Part shown: piece by piece, positions 14,220 through 27,557 of the stretch
Position numbering within the stretch: position 1 is the stretch's first letter
Layout of the letters: each line of letters starts with the position of its first letter
Source of the DNA: Octopus bimaculoides
Taxonomy: Eukaryota
Assembly (NCBI RefSeq): GCF_001194135.2
Contig: NC_068989.1
Location: forward strand, 56,491,554-56,548,713
Direction: 5' to 3'
DNA length: 57,160 bases
Notes under the pieces: model-generated
The model's database searches: none
What the model was told of the DNA's origin: nothing
What the model saw: only the letters and a program-made list of their open reading frames with translations
Made by a program: the position numbers and the translations under genes

Positions 14220-14466
14220 NNNNNNNNNNGAGAGAGAGGGAGAGAGAGAGAGGGAGAGAGAGAGAGAGAGCTAGAGCTAAATAAAGAAGTGGCTGTGTGT
14301 ATAAGGAAAAAATATCATACAGAGTAGACAGAGATTGAGTACAACTAACAAGTTTTAAAGAGTTGAGTTCATTATAATTACAAAAGAGGCTAAAAACGAA
14401 CCTGTGATTATGGGGTTTTCTAAAGAGGGATGTTTATACATTATTCAATTTTCAACTGGATATTGT

Positions 14467-14693
14467 TTAATCCTTTAGAATTTAAACCAGCCATATCCAG
14501 TCTAAAATATTCTACCTGTTTTATGTTTAAACCAGCCAGATTTTGCCTCTCAAACCTAGCCTACAATGTCGTTCTAAACATAAACAATCACATCATTGAA
14601 ATTTTGAAACTGAGATAATGCATGATTAATACAAAACAACATGCATAAATAAACATTACACTTGACAGAATAACCTGAATGCTAAAGGGCTAA
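14467..14693. mobile_element. ~225-bp TTAA-flanked MITE (piggyBac-like ends); related copies at 11752-11978 and ~1560-1815
   Basis: Ends ttaa(c)cctttag.att ... aatgctaaaggg(t)taa; three recognisably homologous copies. Confidence 0.7.
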
Positions 14694-16719
14694 GATGTGA
14701 AGAATTGAAGAAGGGGCACACTGGTGGATTGGCAGAATTATTAAAGCATTGGACAAAGTGCCTTGTAGTATATAAATGGTTCCTCATTTCCAAATGAATC
14801 ACTCTTAAGTCAGCTTTGCCTTTCATCTTTCTGGGGTAGATAAGTACAGGTTAAGTTGCAAGAGTCAATATAATTGACCATAATGATTCTTCATATTTTA
14901 GGCCTTTGTGTATATGTTAAGAATCATTTATTATCCAGGACAGATAGATTTTTTTTTTGTCCTGAGGAGGAAGGTATACATCATAGAAGTGATTTGGGCT
15001 GTTTCAGAGCAAAAAAAGAGATTATTTGAAATAAAGAAGACGAGTAACTCCATATATTTTAAACAGCATTCGTGTAATGAGAGTTGTCTTTCTTTATACG
15101 TGGCTGTCAAGAAACACCTGAATGAGAATTACTGGTGATACAGGGACAGCACTGATTTTGTACACTTCAGAGTGATTGCTTTATTCAAAAAGCCATGACT
15201 TCTGTGTAAATTTTGAGTCACTTCCCAGATAGCAATATTGTGCTGTCTGATCTATAGGTGTCTTTAGCAGAGATTTCTCTGTTGCAGCATTCAGACCAGA
15301 CATCTGGGTTAGAGCTTTTTCTGACTCTATACTGTACTGACAGCCCCTAAACTATATGCTGAAAAATTATACTAAACTTTCACTGGAATATTCCTCTATT
15401 TGTTTCAAATGTATAACTCCATTGGACCACACATTCTACACCAGTTACTTAGGCTCAAAGTCACTTCCTCTATTGCTTTCTGAATTCCTTTAACTAACAA
15501 CTCTTCTTATATTAAGACATATATCTCCCTTCATCCTTCTGAAGCTATTGTCATTTCAAGTCAGCTGACTAGTTGCAGCTCCACCAGATCTATGCTCTCT
15601 CTGACAGTACATGGGATTCATCCCTGAGCTACTGAAAATAGATAGGTGAGTGACTGAAACCAATTCTTAAAAGTGTCCCTCCATATTGCATGTGCAAACA
15701 AACTCACAGTTACAAATCCTCAACTGCGAGGACAAATTTGCTTCAACATAAGAACTTTCAGTTTCTCTTTCATATGGGACTTTTGTAGTGAATTCAATGA
15801 ACATAGTAAACTGCCAGACACCAAAAGTTAAGCATTAATAACCTAATGTAAATATCAGTTTGGAAGACATAATTTCAGTGAAACTTGTGATAATGTGCAA
15901 CAATATAGCAGTAAATTCTTCAAAGAATTCTCCAATACTTGGCATCTTGAGCACAGAACTTCAGCCCTGGCTGTTAGATTCTTGAAATCCTACAATGTCA
16001 GAACATATTCCTTCTCCAGTAGCTTACATTTGGCCAAGAATGAAAATTCTATTATCTAACACCAATTTCCAGTTGAAACTTAGTATACCTGAAAGTTAAT
16101 TTAATGACAGAGAAGGCAAAGGCTAAAATGTATTATTGAGATCTGTCCCCATTAAAGAAACAAGAAATAATGCTAATGACTACCAATGGGCATAGTTGGG
16201 TACCAGTAAAAATGGCTAAGAGGGTCAGTAAAGAAGTTATAGTGTGAATGATGTCCAGAAAAATTACTATCATCATCATCATCATCATCGTTTAACATCT
16301 GCTTTCCATGCTAGCATGGGTTGGACGATTTGACTGAGGACTGGTGAAACCAAATGGCTACACCAGGCTCCAATCTGATTTGGCAGAGTTTCTACAGCTG
16401 GATGCCCTTCCTAATGCCAAGCACTTCTACCTAATAACCTGGACTTAGTAGATAGTAAGATAGTGGATATTAAAGCCCTCTCATCTTGGTAACAAGTGAG
16501 CCAATAAACCTTAATTTACCTACCAATAAAAAAACAAAAAAAAAAAAATGCAGAGCCACAAGCGTGGCTGTGTGGTAAGAAGTTTGTTTCTCAATCACAA
16601 AGTCCCAGGTTCAGTCCCACTGCATAACACCTTGGGCAAGTCTCTTCTACTATAGCTTCAAGCTGACCAAAGTCTTGTGAATGAATTTGATAGATAGAAA
16701 TGGAGAGAAGTCTGTTGTG

Positions 16720-16730
<11 letters not shown>

Positions 16731-16810
<80 letters not shown>
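16731..16810. repeat. (TA)n/(TG)n microsatellite inside a family-B SINE; similar (TA)n, (GA)n, (CA)n, (GAT)n and (GTT)n tracts throughout
   Basis: Direct. Confidence 0.97.
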
Positions 16811-19658
16811 ATGTGTGAGTGTGTTTTTGTGTCTGTCCTCTCACTACTGCCTGACAACCAGTGTTGGTGTGCTTACATCCTTGTAACTTAGTGGTTCAGC
16901 AAAAGAGCTCAATAGAATGAGTACGAGGCTTAAAAAAACGAAGTTCTGGGATCAATTTGTTTGACTAAAAAAACCCTTCGAAGCGGTGCCCCAGCATGGT
17001 CACATTCAAATGACTGAAACAAATAAGAGATAAAAGAGGAAGAACTAGTGAGTTAATAAATGCTATTCTACTACCTACTGAAACAGTCACATACAGCGGA
17101 AGAATTAGTCGTAAGCTACATTACTTAACTACTAACTACCAATACTAAATGATTATCTAAAATTTGATGTATTATTTACACTGCTCATTTAAAACCTAGA
17201 AATGCTATCAAAATAACAGACTTTGGCTAGTTCAATAATAATTAAAAAAATACAATACTACAGGAAATTTGTTGAAAGCGAAAGGGATGTAACTAGAGTT
17301 GTATTCCTTTACGTGTTACATAATATTTACGATTATGCAATAGGCAATGGTTAACAAATAAAATGTGTTTTTCACTTCCATCTTGAAAACAGACTAGTAT
17401 GCTGTTTGATAAATGTTTGAGAACTACAATGCACAGTTATGACAGCTCCTACACACAGTTAAGTTAATGTTATGAAAAGTAGCTACCTATTCACATTAAG
17501 AAAAAAAAAACAATCAGGAAAAAAAAAAAATAAACATTGCATACAGAATAGAATTATGAACAGATACAATCTTGCAAATAGAATAATTTTACTTCAGTAT
17601 GAATTGTGATGATTAAAGAATAGATTGAAATGCTACAGGATGGAAAGTGCTTTGCATTGTAAATACACAAGAGGTTTTAAACATGTGATATGGTGAGTTG
17701 GAAAAACTTTGATTAACTAAAAACATCTATTTATACATTAAGTTGGCAAAAACTTTGCCCCCACCTCAGGAGATTTCAAAAATCTAAAAAGACAAGGGAG
17801 ATAACTCCAATAAAATCAGCTAACCTTAAATGCTTGAAAATTAAGTTTAATGCATAAAGATAATGCACAGATTGGGGTAGATCTTGTTCGTAAAACCAAC
17901 TGGTGAAAGTAATGGACATGTTTCAGTCTTATTAGACCTCCTCAATGGAACATATTCTACTCGTTGGCAAAGTCTGGATACCTACTTTCTCTCCGCTGAC
18001 TTTCGTCCTTATCACACCATCTTGAGGTCTATCTATAGGAGACTACATTAGACTTATTGTGCTTAGTATACACTACGTTTAATGTTTATCTCACCCCAAT
18101 GTACTTGCTTGTCATCCCCCTGTTTATTCTATCTACCATCATGCCCTTACTTCTCTTTACCCTGCTCCCCAGCTTGGCTCTTTTCTGTCATCACTCTATC
18201 CTCAGAATCATGTTATTCGCAGCTACACTATCTATTAACTTGAATCTATGTACACATCCCCACAATCCTGAATTACTCTTAGCACTCACCTCTCTATCAT
18301 ACATCCTGCTTATCACTTATGCACCTCATTCTGTAAAGTAGTTGGTGAATGAGCGGAGACATGAGGTTAAGAGAACCCTTTGCTCATGTGAGAGACATGG
18401 CCACCTCTCAAGTGCTGGGGGAGGATTTTACAGCAAGATGCTCTTCCTGCTGTTAACTCTCACTTGTTTAATTCTAATTATTTCACTGTGTAGCAAAGAC
18501 AACTTTAGGCATGTTTCAGCCTCATTATAACCTCATCAGCAAAACAATCTTCACTGTATGTGCTGATGTAGTGATGGGAGAATAATTAAACATACACACA
18601 AACTGTCCAACCCATGTCAGCATGGAAAACAGACATTAAATAATGATGATGATGATGATGATGATGATGACAAGAATATAATTAAAAAAAGTATTATTGT
18701 TTTCCAAACTAAGTAATTATTTATCTTTAGCTCTTTTGATAATTTCTGCATTAAAAATGGTAAAAGTAACTGAAACACTAATAACATTTATTTACCAGAA
18801 ATGGTGATTTAAAAAGAGGAGAAGGAAGCCTACTAAACGTCCATCAGCTGTTGTTGTTGCTGCTTAACCCCAAGTAGCCTTAGTCCAGCAGATTTATTGA
18901 CGGTCCAGCTGAGGTCATCATTTCATCTTTTTCAATATTGTATAGCTAGGACTATATTAAATCATCTTATGTGCTCTTCTTTCTTTTCTTTCTGAGACAG
19001 CAGGCTGCAATTTGAGGGAAATTTGGTAGCTATTTGTAGGAGATTGAGCAACTGAAGAGAGGATCTTTCATTGGGATGCATGCGTGCATGTGTTTGTGTG
19101 TGTGTGTGTGTGTGTTTGTGCATGTCCATGCGTGTGTCATTGCGCATGTAAGTATATTTTATTGTTTAGACCCCAAGTCAGCCCTAAGAAAGTAAACCTA
19201 TAATTAATAGAATTCCAGCTGTGACCGGTCCATTTTCCCTTTTTCTGAACATAATTTAAGAGCACAGTATTCAATAGCTATCATTTATACTAAATTGAAG
19301 AACATTTAGTAGCTATTCCTAGTAAATCCAGCAGCTATACTTGTGCCAACAAGAGACTTTCTTGTTGGCATAATCACCCTCAATATATTACAGTTATGAA
19401 ATAATTTTATGGTACTGAGTTATCAAACTAGATACATTAAATAATAAATTCCAGAACTATCTAATCAAACAGTTGCATTCCTACTATAAATTTTTATTTA
19501 ATTTGGCTAAAAATTTAAAAAAAGAGACCATTTCCTATAATTTACAATAATTAAATAGACTATCCTTATACATGTTAGTAAAGTGTAAAGTTAACATAAT
19601 CAATGCAGTGACCATTTGAATAATTAACTTTTTTTTTATTAATGTTCCTCATACATAC

Positions 19659-19739
19659 ATTGCTTTCTGTTACTTTCTGTTGAAATTTCGGTAACCGAGC
19701 TTCTTCAGCAGTTTTTTCTCTTAAATGCGGTGCCAAATG
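19659..19739 (-). CDS. SMC6: SMC6 coding exon 8 (HLAPHLREKTAEEARLPKFQQKVTESN)
   Basis: ttttcag|CAT acceptor, AAT|gtatgt donor, 27 codons, phase 0/0. Fills the expected coiled-coil length between exons 7 and 9. Confidence 0.88.
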
Positions 19740-21239
19740 CTGAAAAGGATAATAAAGTGAAAGGAGAAAATGAAGACTTTAGAAATCTTGGTGACAATGA
19801 TAATGGTGGTGATGATGATGATGATAAAGATGATGGTGGTGGTGATGATATGAAGATGGTGATGACAATGAAGAAAATAACTATGATGATGATTATGACA
19901 AGACACTGAAAGCCCCATGGAGATTTTAGAGGCCATTTCTTATTTTTGTTTTGTGATATGCAGTAGATGCAAAACCTCCCACTGACATGAGATACCAAAT
20001 CTATCACAGGTAACATTCTCAGATGATCTGGTACCTTCTACTCACGTCTACGTGATCTGCTGCCATGTAGAATAAAGGGTCCAGTTTGGAAATTCTATGA
20101 AACAACACTAATTGATTCGAACTCATGACCAATCTACAGGAAATCTAATACCATACCTATTGGGCCCCTCCACCTTTATCAATCTCAGAGCTGTGTTAGA
20201 GTACTGATAATATGTTATCTTGTGTTTGTAAAGATGCATAGCCTACAGGTTAGGGCACTGAACTTATAATTGCCAGCTTGTGAGTTCAATTTTCAAACTA
20301 GGTGGTGTACCTGTCCTTGAGTAAGGCACTTCTTTTCACATTAAACCAGTACACTTAACTGAAAATGAGAAGCAGTAGCACTTTGGGTTAACCCTGCAAT
20401 AAACTAGCATCCCATTCAGCAGGTTAGTCTTGTACTCTCAGCTGAAACACCTCAGATACCTGGATAAGCTCGGATCTCATGATCCTGTAGGCTTCAAACA
20501 AAGTTTATCTGTTTAAACAATATTTTGAAAAATGAAGAAAAACATGTCTTGATTCCTTATGTATGTATATAAAATCATCACGGTCATCATTGTGTTTAAC
20601 ATCCCTTTTACCATGCTGGCATGGGTTGGATGATTCAACAGGAACAAAATGAACCAGAGGATTGTGCCGAGCTCTCCAGTGTCTACTTTGGCATAGTTTC
20701 TACAGCTGAATATCCTTCCTAATGCCAACAACTTCTACAGGGTGTACTGAGTGACTATATATGTGTGAGTGTGACTACATTTAATATTCTGCACAGTTTC
20801 CTGCTATCAAAGTCTGCATATTTTTACATATTTATTAGTCAACCCAAACCTATGTGACTTTGTGTTTGTCCCCAACTACTGCTTGACAACCATTGTTGGT
20901 ATGTTTATGATCCCCCACTACTGGTTGACAACTGTTGTTGGTGTGTTTATCTCCCCATAACTCAGTGGTTCAGCAAAAGAGATAGATAGAATAAGTACCA
21001 GGGTTAAAATAAAACAAGTCCCAGGTTTGATTTGTTTGACTAAAACCCTTCAAGGTGGTGCCCCAGAAGGGCCACAGTCAAATAACTGAAGCAAGTAAAA
21101 AATAAAAGATTAAAAAATTTTTACCAAAAACAAAAAGCAAGCACAAAAAGAAAATGCTACAAAAAAATAAAAAGGGAAAAACCCACCCAGCAAATATTGT
21201 CTTTGAATTCTGTTCAAAATGTGGGAAAAGTAAACTCAC

Positions 21240-21377
21240 CGATTCTTTCTCAATGACCAAAGACCATGCCATTTCAGACTTGAGAGCTTTTATTTTCTCT
21301 TTCTGGTGTTCAAGGGCAGAGAAAGCTTTGTATTTTTTCTCCCATTCTTTCACTTCTGATTCCAGCTCAGGGAAAGA
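21240..21377 (-). CDS. SMC6: SMC6 coding exon 7 (SFPELESEVKEWEKKYKAFSALEHQKEKIKALKSEMAWSLVIEKES)
   Basis: ttcag|TCT acceptor, TCG|gtgagt donor. Conserved LK.EMAW..V coiled-coil motif. Confidence 0.95.
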
Positions 21378-21436
21378 CTGAAAAATTATAGAATTTTAAT
21401 AAAAAAATGTAAATCATTTTTTTCTAATAATATTTA

Positions 21437-21900
21437 GTTGAAACATTTGCATGTGGATGAGGACAGCTGCTTAAAGAAGTGCCAATCTCTAATTGTGGGG
21501 GGAACCTGTGGAAGGGGTAGACCCAGGAAGATGTGGGATGAAGTGGTGAGAAATGATCTTCAGATGCTGGGCCTCACTGAGGAAATGACAAAGGACTGGG
21601 AGTTATTAAGCAAAATTTCAGTCATCCATACATACAAGCATGTCCTTTGCAGCTGCCACATAAAATGCACTGGTGCTGGTGCCACGTATGATGCACTCAT
21701 GCTGGTCGCATGTAAAAAGCAGCCAGCACACTCTGTAAAGTGTGTTGGTATTAGGAAGTTCCTCCAACTATAGAAACCATGCCACAACAGATAGCTGGAG
21801 TCTGAACACCTCCCTGCTAGCCAGCTCTGGGTCAAACCGTCCAACCTATACCAGCATGGAAAACAGGCATTAGACGATGATGATGATGATGATGATGATG
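21437..21900 (+). mobile_element. 5'-truncated RTE LINE 3' end (ORF C-terminus, UTR, (GAT)n)
   Basis: GTCGRGRPRKMWDEVVRNDLQMLGLTEEMTKD followed by the shared UTR and (GAT)n. Confidence 0.85.
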
Positions 21901-22283
21901 ATTGTGCAGCTGATGGGCAAGATTTCTTTGCTATAATTACGATTAATTTAATAGTTGAAAAGATAGCTAACTGTCACAAGCAACCACTGCTACAATCAAA
22001 ATACTAACATACAGAATCATCCTATTCAGGCTTGTATTAAAAACAGATAAATAAAAAAAAATATCAAAAAATGATAAAGGGAAAAAAGATGTGATTTTTC
22101 CCTCAATCAAAATTATATTTTCTGTGAAACTGATTATATCATGAAATTACCTTCACTTTTTTTTCAGAGCTGCTAACAATTACCAATAGGTTTTATATTC
22201 CTTCTCCAACTAAAAGGTAAATTTCAACCCACAAAGAAATATGTTTAAGTTACTCTGTGTGTGTATTATATATATATATATAT

Positions 22284-22948
22284 NNNNNNNNNNNNNNNNN
22301 NNNNNNNNNNNNNNNNNNNNNNNNNNNNNNNNNNNNNNNNNNNNNNNNNNNNNNNNNNNNNNNNNNNNNNNNNNNNNNNNNNNNNNNNNNNNNNNNNNNN
22401 NNNNNNNNNNNNNNNNNNNNNNNNNNNNNNNNNNNNNNNNNNNNNNNNNNNNNNNNNNNNNNNNNNNNNNNNNNNNNNNNNNNNNNNNNNNNNNNNNNNN
22501 NNNNNNNNNNNNNNNNNNNNNNNNNNNNNNNNNNNNNNNNNNNNNNNNNNNNNNNNNNNNNNNNNNNNNNNNNNNNNNNNNNNNNNNNNNNNNNNNNNNN
22601 NNNNNNNNNNNNNNNNNNNNNNNNNNNNNNNNNNNNNNNNNNNNNNNNNNNNNNNNNNNNNNNNNNNNNNNNNNNNNNNNNNNNNNNNNNNNNNNNNNNN
22701 NNNNNNNNNNNNNNNNNNNNNNNNNNNNNNNNNNNNNNNNNNNNNNNNNNNNNNNNNNNNNNNNNNNNNNNNNNNNNNNNNNNNNNNNNNNNNNNNNNNN
22801 NNNNNNNNNNNNNNNNNNNNNNNNNNNNNNNNNNNNNNNNNNNNNNNNNNNNNNNNNNNNNNNNNNNNNNNNNNNNNNNNNNNNNNNNNNNNNNNNNNNN
22901 NNNNNNNNNNNNNNNNNNNNNNNNNNNNNNNNNNNNNNNNNNNNNNNN
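22284..22948. other. Assembly gap (N); 10-N gaps also at 14220-14229, 33010-33019 and 40424-40433
   Basis: Run of n. Confidence 1.
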
Positions 22949-23029
22949 TGGAAATAAATGTATGTATACAAACATGCGTGTCACAAAAATACCCCCCCCC
23001 CACACACACAGTGAATATGTGCTCTTTTT

Positions 23030-23718
23030 TGCTGTCACGTCTCACGGATGAACCTTCTTTTTTTGGACCGAATAGTGACTGGTGATGTGAAATGGACTCT
23101 ATAAAAATGTCAAGCACCAAAGACAGTGAGTAGGGAAAAGAGAAACACTGATATCCCAGGCTAAAGAAGGTCTTCACCCATGTAAGGTGTTATCTATTTG
23201 GTGGGATATGAAAGGTTTAGTCCACTTTCAACTTTTAAATCCAAACCAAATGATAACAAAGGAGAGCAGCCTGAGTGGCTTAAATCAGCGCTAGAAGAAA
23301 AACGACCATCTTTGGTTCCAAGGCAAAAGGTATTCTTCCATTAGGATAATGCTTGGCCACATACAGTGAGGATGACATTCCAAAGGTTGGAGCAGTTTGA
23401 ATGGGAGACAATGCCCCACCCACCATATTTGCTGGACATTGCCCCATCTGATTATCATTTATTCTGCAGTCTTCAAAATCATTTGGATGGAAAAATATTA
23501 ATTCTGTAGACGAGGTCAGAACAGTACTGGAGGAGTATTTTTCATCATGGATAAGTGAATTTTGAAAGAGGGGCCTTGTAAGTCTACCAGATAGATGGAA
23601 TAGCATTGTAGAAAATGAAGGAGAGTATATTTTAGATAAAAAAGAACTTAGTTTATCTTAAATTTTGAAAAATAAAATTATAGAAAAAAAAAAACGCATT
23701 ATTTATGGGATGACCCAA
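23030..23718 (+). mobile_element. 5'-truncated mariner (DD34D) transposon remnant with 3' TIR
   Basis: RIVTGD.KW, WWDMKG and DNAWPH...HPPY..DIAPSDYHLF (34-residue spacing). Ends cgcattatttatgggatgacccaa followed by TA. Confidence 0.9.
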
Positions 23719-23975
23719 TACATGGGACAGAGAAGAATTAATGGAGATAAGAGAAAGAGAAATAAAGAGTTACAGAAGAAAGTAGGGAAGAAGAGAAGGA
23801 AACAAGAGAGGTAGAAAGTGTGTAGAGGAAATATGGAAAAAAAAAAAAACTTAAAAGAAAGTGATAGAGCAGGGGAAAGGGAAAGAAGACAAAGATGATA
23901 AACATAAAATCGAAAGAAATGAACAAGTTGAAGATGAAAATAAAAGGAAGACAGAAATCATAGGAAAATATTTAC

Positions 23976-24077
23976 CTCTTCTTTTTTAGCAAGAATTTCT
24001 TTAGCCGAGTTCTTTTGTACCTTCATTTCATCATAATCTGCTTGGATTTGAGCAAGTTGGGTGGCTTGGAGGAAAAA
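23976..24077 (-). CDS. SMC6: SMC6 coding exon 6 (FFLQATQLAQIQADYDEMKVQKNSAKEILAKKEE)
   Basis: tcag|TTT acceptor, GAG|gtaaat donor, phase 0/0. FF..ATQL.Q...DY motif. Confidence 0.95.
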
Positions 24078-25250
24078 CTGATTAAAGAACAAATACATTT
24101 ATCATTGGTTTCAAATTTTCACACATTTATCATTACATTTATTATTATTAACAACATGCAGCATCAAATTCTTCTTCTTCTTATTATTATTAAGGTGGCG
24201 AGCTCATAAAATCATTAATGAATCAAGCAAAATGCATAGGGGCGTTTCTTCTGGGTCTTTATAGCCTGGGTTCAAATTCCACCAGGTCCGATTTTGCTGT
24301 TCATCCTTTTGGGGTTAATAAAACAAAAGTACCAGTTCAACATTGAGGTTGATGTGATTTAGCCATCCCCACTCAGGCCTTGTGTCTATAAGAGAAAAAT
24401 TATGATTATTATCATTATTATAAGGCTGTGAGCTGGCAGAATTGTTAGCCTGCTGAATAAAATGCTTAGGGGCATTTTGTCCATCTTCATGTTCAGAGTT
24501 CAAATTCTGACAAGGTTTACTTTACCTTTCATCTTTTTGGGGTTGATAAAATAAATACTAATTGAACATTGGGGTCAATACATTCAACTTAGCTCCTCCC
24601 ACCGAAATTACTGGCCTTGTGCCAAAATTTAAAATCATTATTATTAAGGTGGCAAGCTGGTAGAATCAATACTGCACTAGAAAAAATGCTTTGCAGCATT
24701 TTTTCCAACTTTACGCTCTAAGTTCAAATGAACCCAGGGTCGACTTTGCCTTTCATCCTTTTGGGGGTCAATAAAATAAGTACCAGTTGAGCACTGACGT
24801 CGATGTAGTTTACTTAGCCCCTCCTCTGAAATTGCTGGTCTTGTGCCAAAATTTCAAACTGTTGTTGTTGTTGTTGTTGCTGCTACTGTTGCTGTTGTTG
24901 TTGTTGTTGTTGTTGTGGTTGTTGTTATTATTATTATTATGGCAGTGAGCTGGCAGACTAATTAGCAGGCTACCTAAATGCTTAGTGGCATTTCACCTGT
25001 TGCTACATTCTGAGTTCAAATTCCACCAAGGTTAGCTTTGCCTTTCATCCTTTCGGGGTCAATAAAATAAGTACCAGTTGAACACTGGGGTCTATGTAAC
25101 CAACACATCCCCTCCCTGCACAATTGCTGCCCTTGTGACAAAATTTGAAACCATTATTATCATTGGCAGGGTGGCAGAATCATCAGCATGCTGGGCAAAA
25201 TGCTTAGTGGCATTTCATCTGTCTTTATGCTCTTAGTTCAAATTTGAAAC

Positions 25251-25299
<49 letters not shown>

Positions 25300-25301
<2 letters not shown>

Positions 25302-25622
25302 GGTGGTGCATTAATAGAAATGTTAAAAGAAATGAAGATGTATAGAAGAGATAGATAAAAGGCTGATGCTTGATACACTCCACAGTTAGCTAAAACCATA
25401 TACAATGTCATCCAGTGGGAAGCTTGAAGAATTTTAAAACTAGTTTCCTTTATAGGGACATGAAGAAATAAATTCCAATGTTAAAATTAGCAAGTTGAGC
25501 AATTGTGTAATACAGAATTTTACTGATAAGCAGAAAGGGCACTTTTGGCTGTTGAAGTACACAGGAGTGGATTCAATAACAGACCATTTAATCTTGTAGT
25601 TGAATATGTTATTGCCTTTCAA
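25300..25622 (-). mobile_element. Penelope-like element GIY-YIG C-terminal fragment and 3' flank (copy 1)
   Basis: NYKIKWSVIES...Y....KCPFCLS.KFCI..LL....E.ISSCPYK resembles the I.WS...C.LCL.EK...LN.R.E..S.C.H end of PLE ORFs (from family knowledge, not a search). Confidence 0.6.
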
Positions 25623-26434
25623 ACCCCAGTTGATGCTGTTCTTTTATCTTCATGTCTAAATGTGTATGCATGTTCAGTGTATCTGGATTTGAATGAGCTC
25701 TCAATAAAACCTATACAGCACATGGTCATTGTTGCTATCATTGGGGGAAACTTTGGTACAATAAACAACACTGTGCCTTTTTGTAAGCATTTACTGAATA
25801 GAGGATATGTACACCTGATAAGACAGTTACACTAAGGTGAAAAATCATGTGTGGGAATGGAAACTAATTTCTTCCTATTAATTCTAGTTAAGGAAGAAAT
25901 AAAAATTATCCTCTTCCTGTGGAATTTGTGTCTTTATTGACTAAATTTGAGAAAGATCTGGCAACAGATATAGCTACAGATGTATGAATATATATATATA
26001 TATCTTTTACTTTTTGTTTCAGTCATTGGACTGAGGCCATGCTGGAGTATTGCCTTGAAAACTTTTGTTGAACAGATTGACCCCAGTAGATATTTTTTCA
26101 AGCCTGGTACTTATTCTATAGGTCTCTTTTGATGAACTGCCAAGTTATGGGGATGTAAACAAGTCATTGCTAGTTGTCAAGTGGTAGTGGGGACAGACAC
26201 AACATAAGAAATACGCATAAATATGACAAGCTTCATTCAGTTTCTCACTACAAAATCTATTAACAAGGCTTTGGTTGGCCCAGGGCTATAATCGAAAACA
26301 CTTGCCCATGGTGCCTACACAGCGGGACTGAACCCAGAATCATGTGGTTGGAAACCAAACTTCTTACCACAAAACCACACCTGCATCTTGCACATCTTAC
26401 ACATTTCATTAAGTAACAAACCTAAGTCGCTTAC

Positions 26435-26577
26435 CCGGTACTTGTCACTTGCGTTCTTTGATTGTAAGAAGCTGCGGCTGATTTCTTGATTTAAGATGAC
26501 CACAGGGTTATCAACAAGGATGTTGAAACTGTCTAAGACATTGCGTAGGTCTTCTCGTTTAGTTGAAATTATCTGAC
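26435..26577 (-). CDS. SMC6: SMC6 coding exon 5 ([47 protein letters not shown]), Q-loop
   Basis: aacag|GT acceptor, CGG|gtaagc donor. FNI.VDNP..L.QE..R.FL motif typical of SMC5/6. Confidence 0.97.
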
Positions 26578-27557
26578 CTGTTTATAGAAAGAGGGGATGA
26601 AAATAAATGATTAAACAAAAACACAATCAAATAATCAATTTATTACAATTTGTTGTAAGCATTTTGTTTTCATATTATATTAGTTAGCAAGAAGCTGCCG
26701 GCAGACGTCTTCTCCACCGCCTGCATTTTTTTTTTTTTACCATTTCTACAGTGGCCTTGGATCTGGCTGGTCTTGGTGCCACTTAAGTCACTGGTCTTTT
26801 TCTTTTACTCTGTCCACTCCACTGCTTCTCTTAAGATCTACCCACATACCACTAAATATTGTCCTTCATTCCCAGAACATCACCCTTCTGTAATTCTATT
26901 CTTATTCTTATATTTCTGCAGCTATTAACTAGCTATTATTCAAGCGGAATATTAATTGTCTGAAGCTTTCTTTGTAATCATGTGGTTTGGGGCGCAGTCC
27001 CATGGCAAGGCACCTTAGGCAAGAGTCTTGTACTCGTCTCAGGCTGATCAATGTGTTGTGAGTAAATGTGGTAGATAAATACTATATATATCATCATCAT
27101 CATTTAATGTCTGCCTTCTATGCTGGCATGGGCTGGATGGTTTGACAGGAGCCGGCCAGGCAGAAGACTACACCAGGCTTCTGTGTCTGTTATGGTATGT
27201 TTTTTACAGCTGGATGCCCTTCCAAATACGAACCACTTCACAGTGTGAACTGGATGCTTTTTACACGTGTGTGTGTGTGTGTATGTTGGTGTGTGTTAGT
27301 GCTTATCCTCCACCCACCACTTGACAACCAGTGTTTAGTGTGTTTACATCCCTGTTAACTTAGCAGTTCAGTAAAATAGACTGATAGAATATGTACCAGA
27401 CTTTAAAAACAAGTACTGGGATTGATGGTAGTAACCTAGCATATCCGCAGTCAAATGACTGTTACAAATCGAATGTAAAAGATAAAAGCTTTGCTAAAAT
27501 TATAGTATCAGGAAGTGTTTACATATTAGCATATGAATATAAAATCTACTTTGATGC

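Noticed and set aside
17600-17660. GTGATGA box-C-like motif as a possible intronic snoRNA
   Set aside because: No box D or terminal stem at a suitable distance.
19705-20016. 103-aa and 71-aa ORFs with poly-I/S/H tracts
   Set aside because: Derived from a (GAT/GGT)n tract; only 19659-19739 is a real exon, in a different frame.
22210-23177. Long ORFs of 238-303 aa in the ORF track (also 41556-42578)
   Set aside because: They are runs of X across N gaps, not coding sequence.
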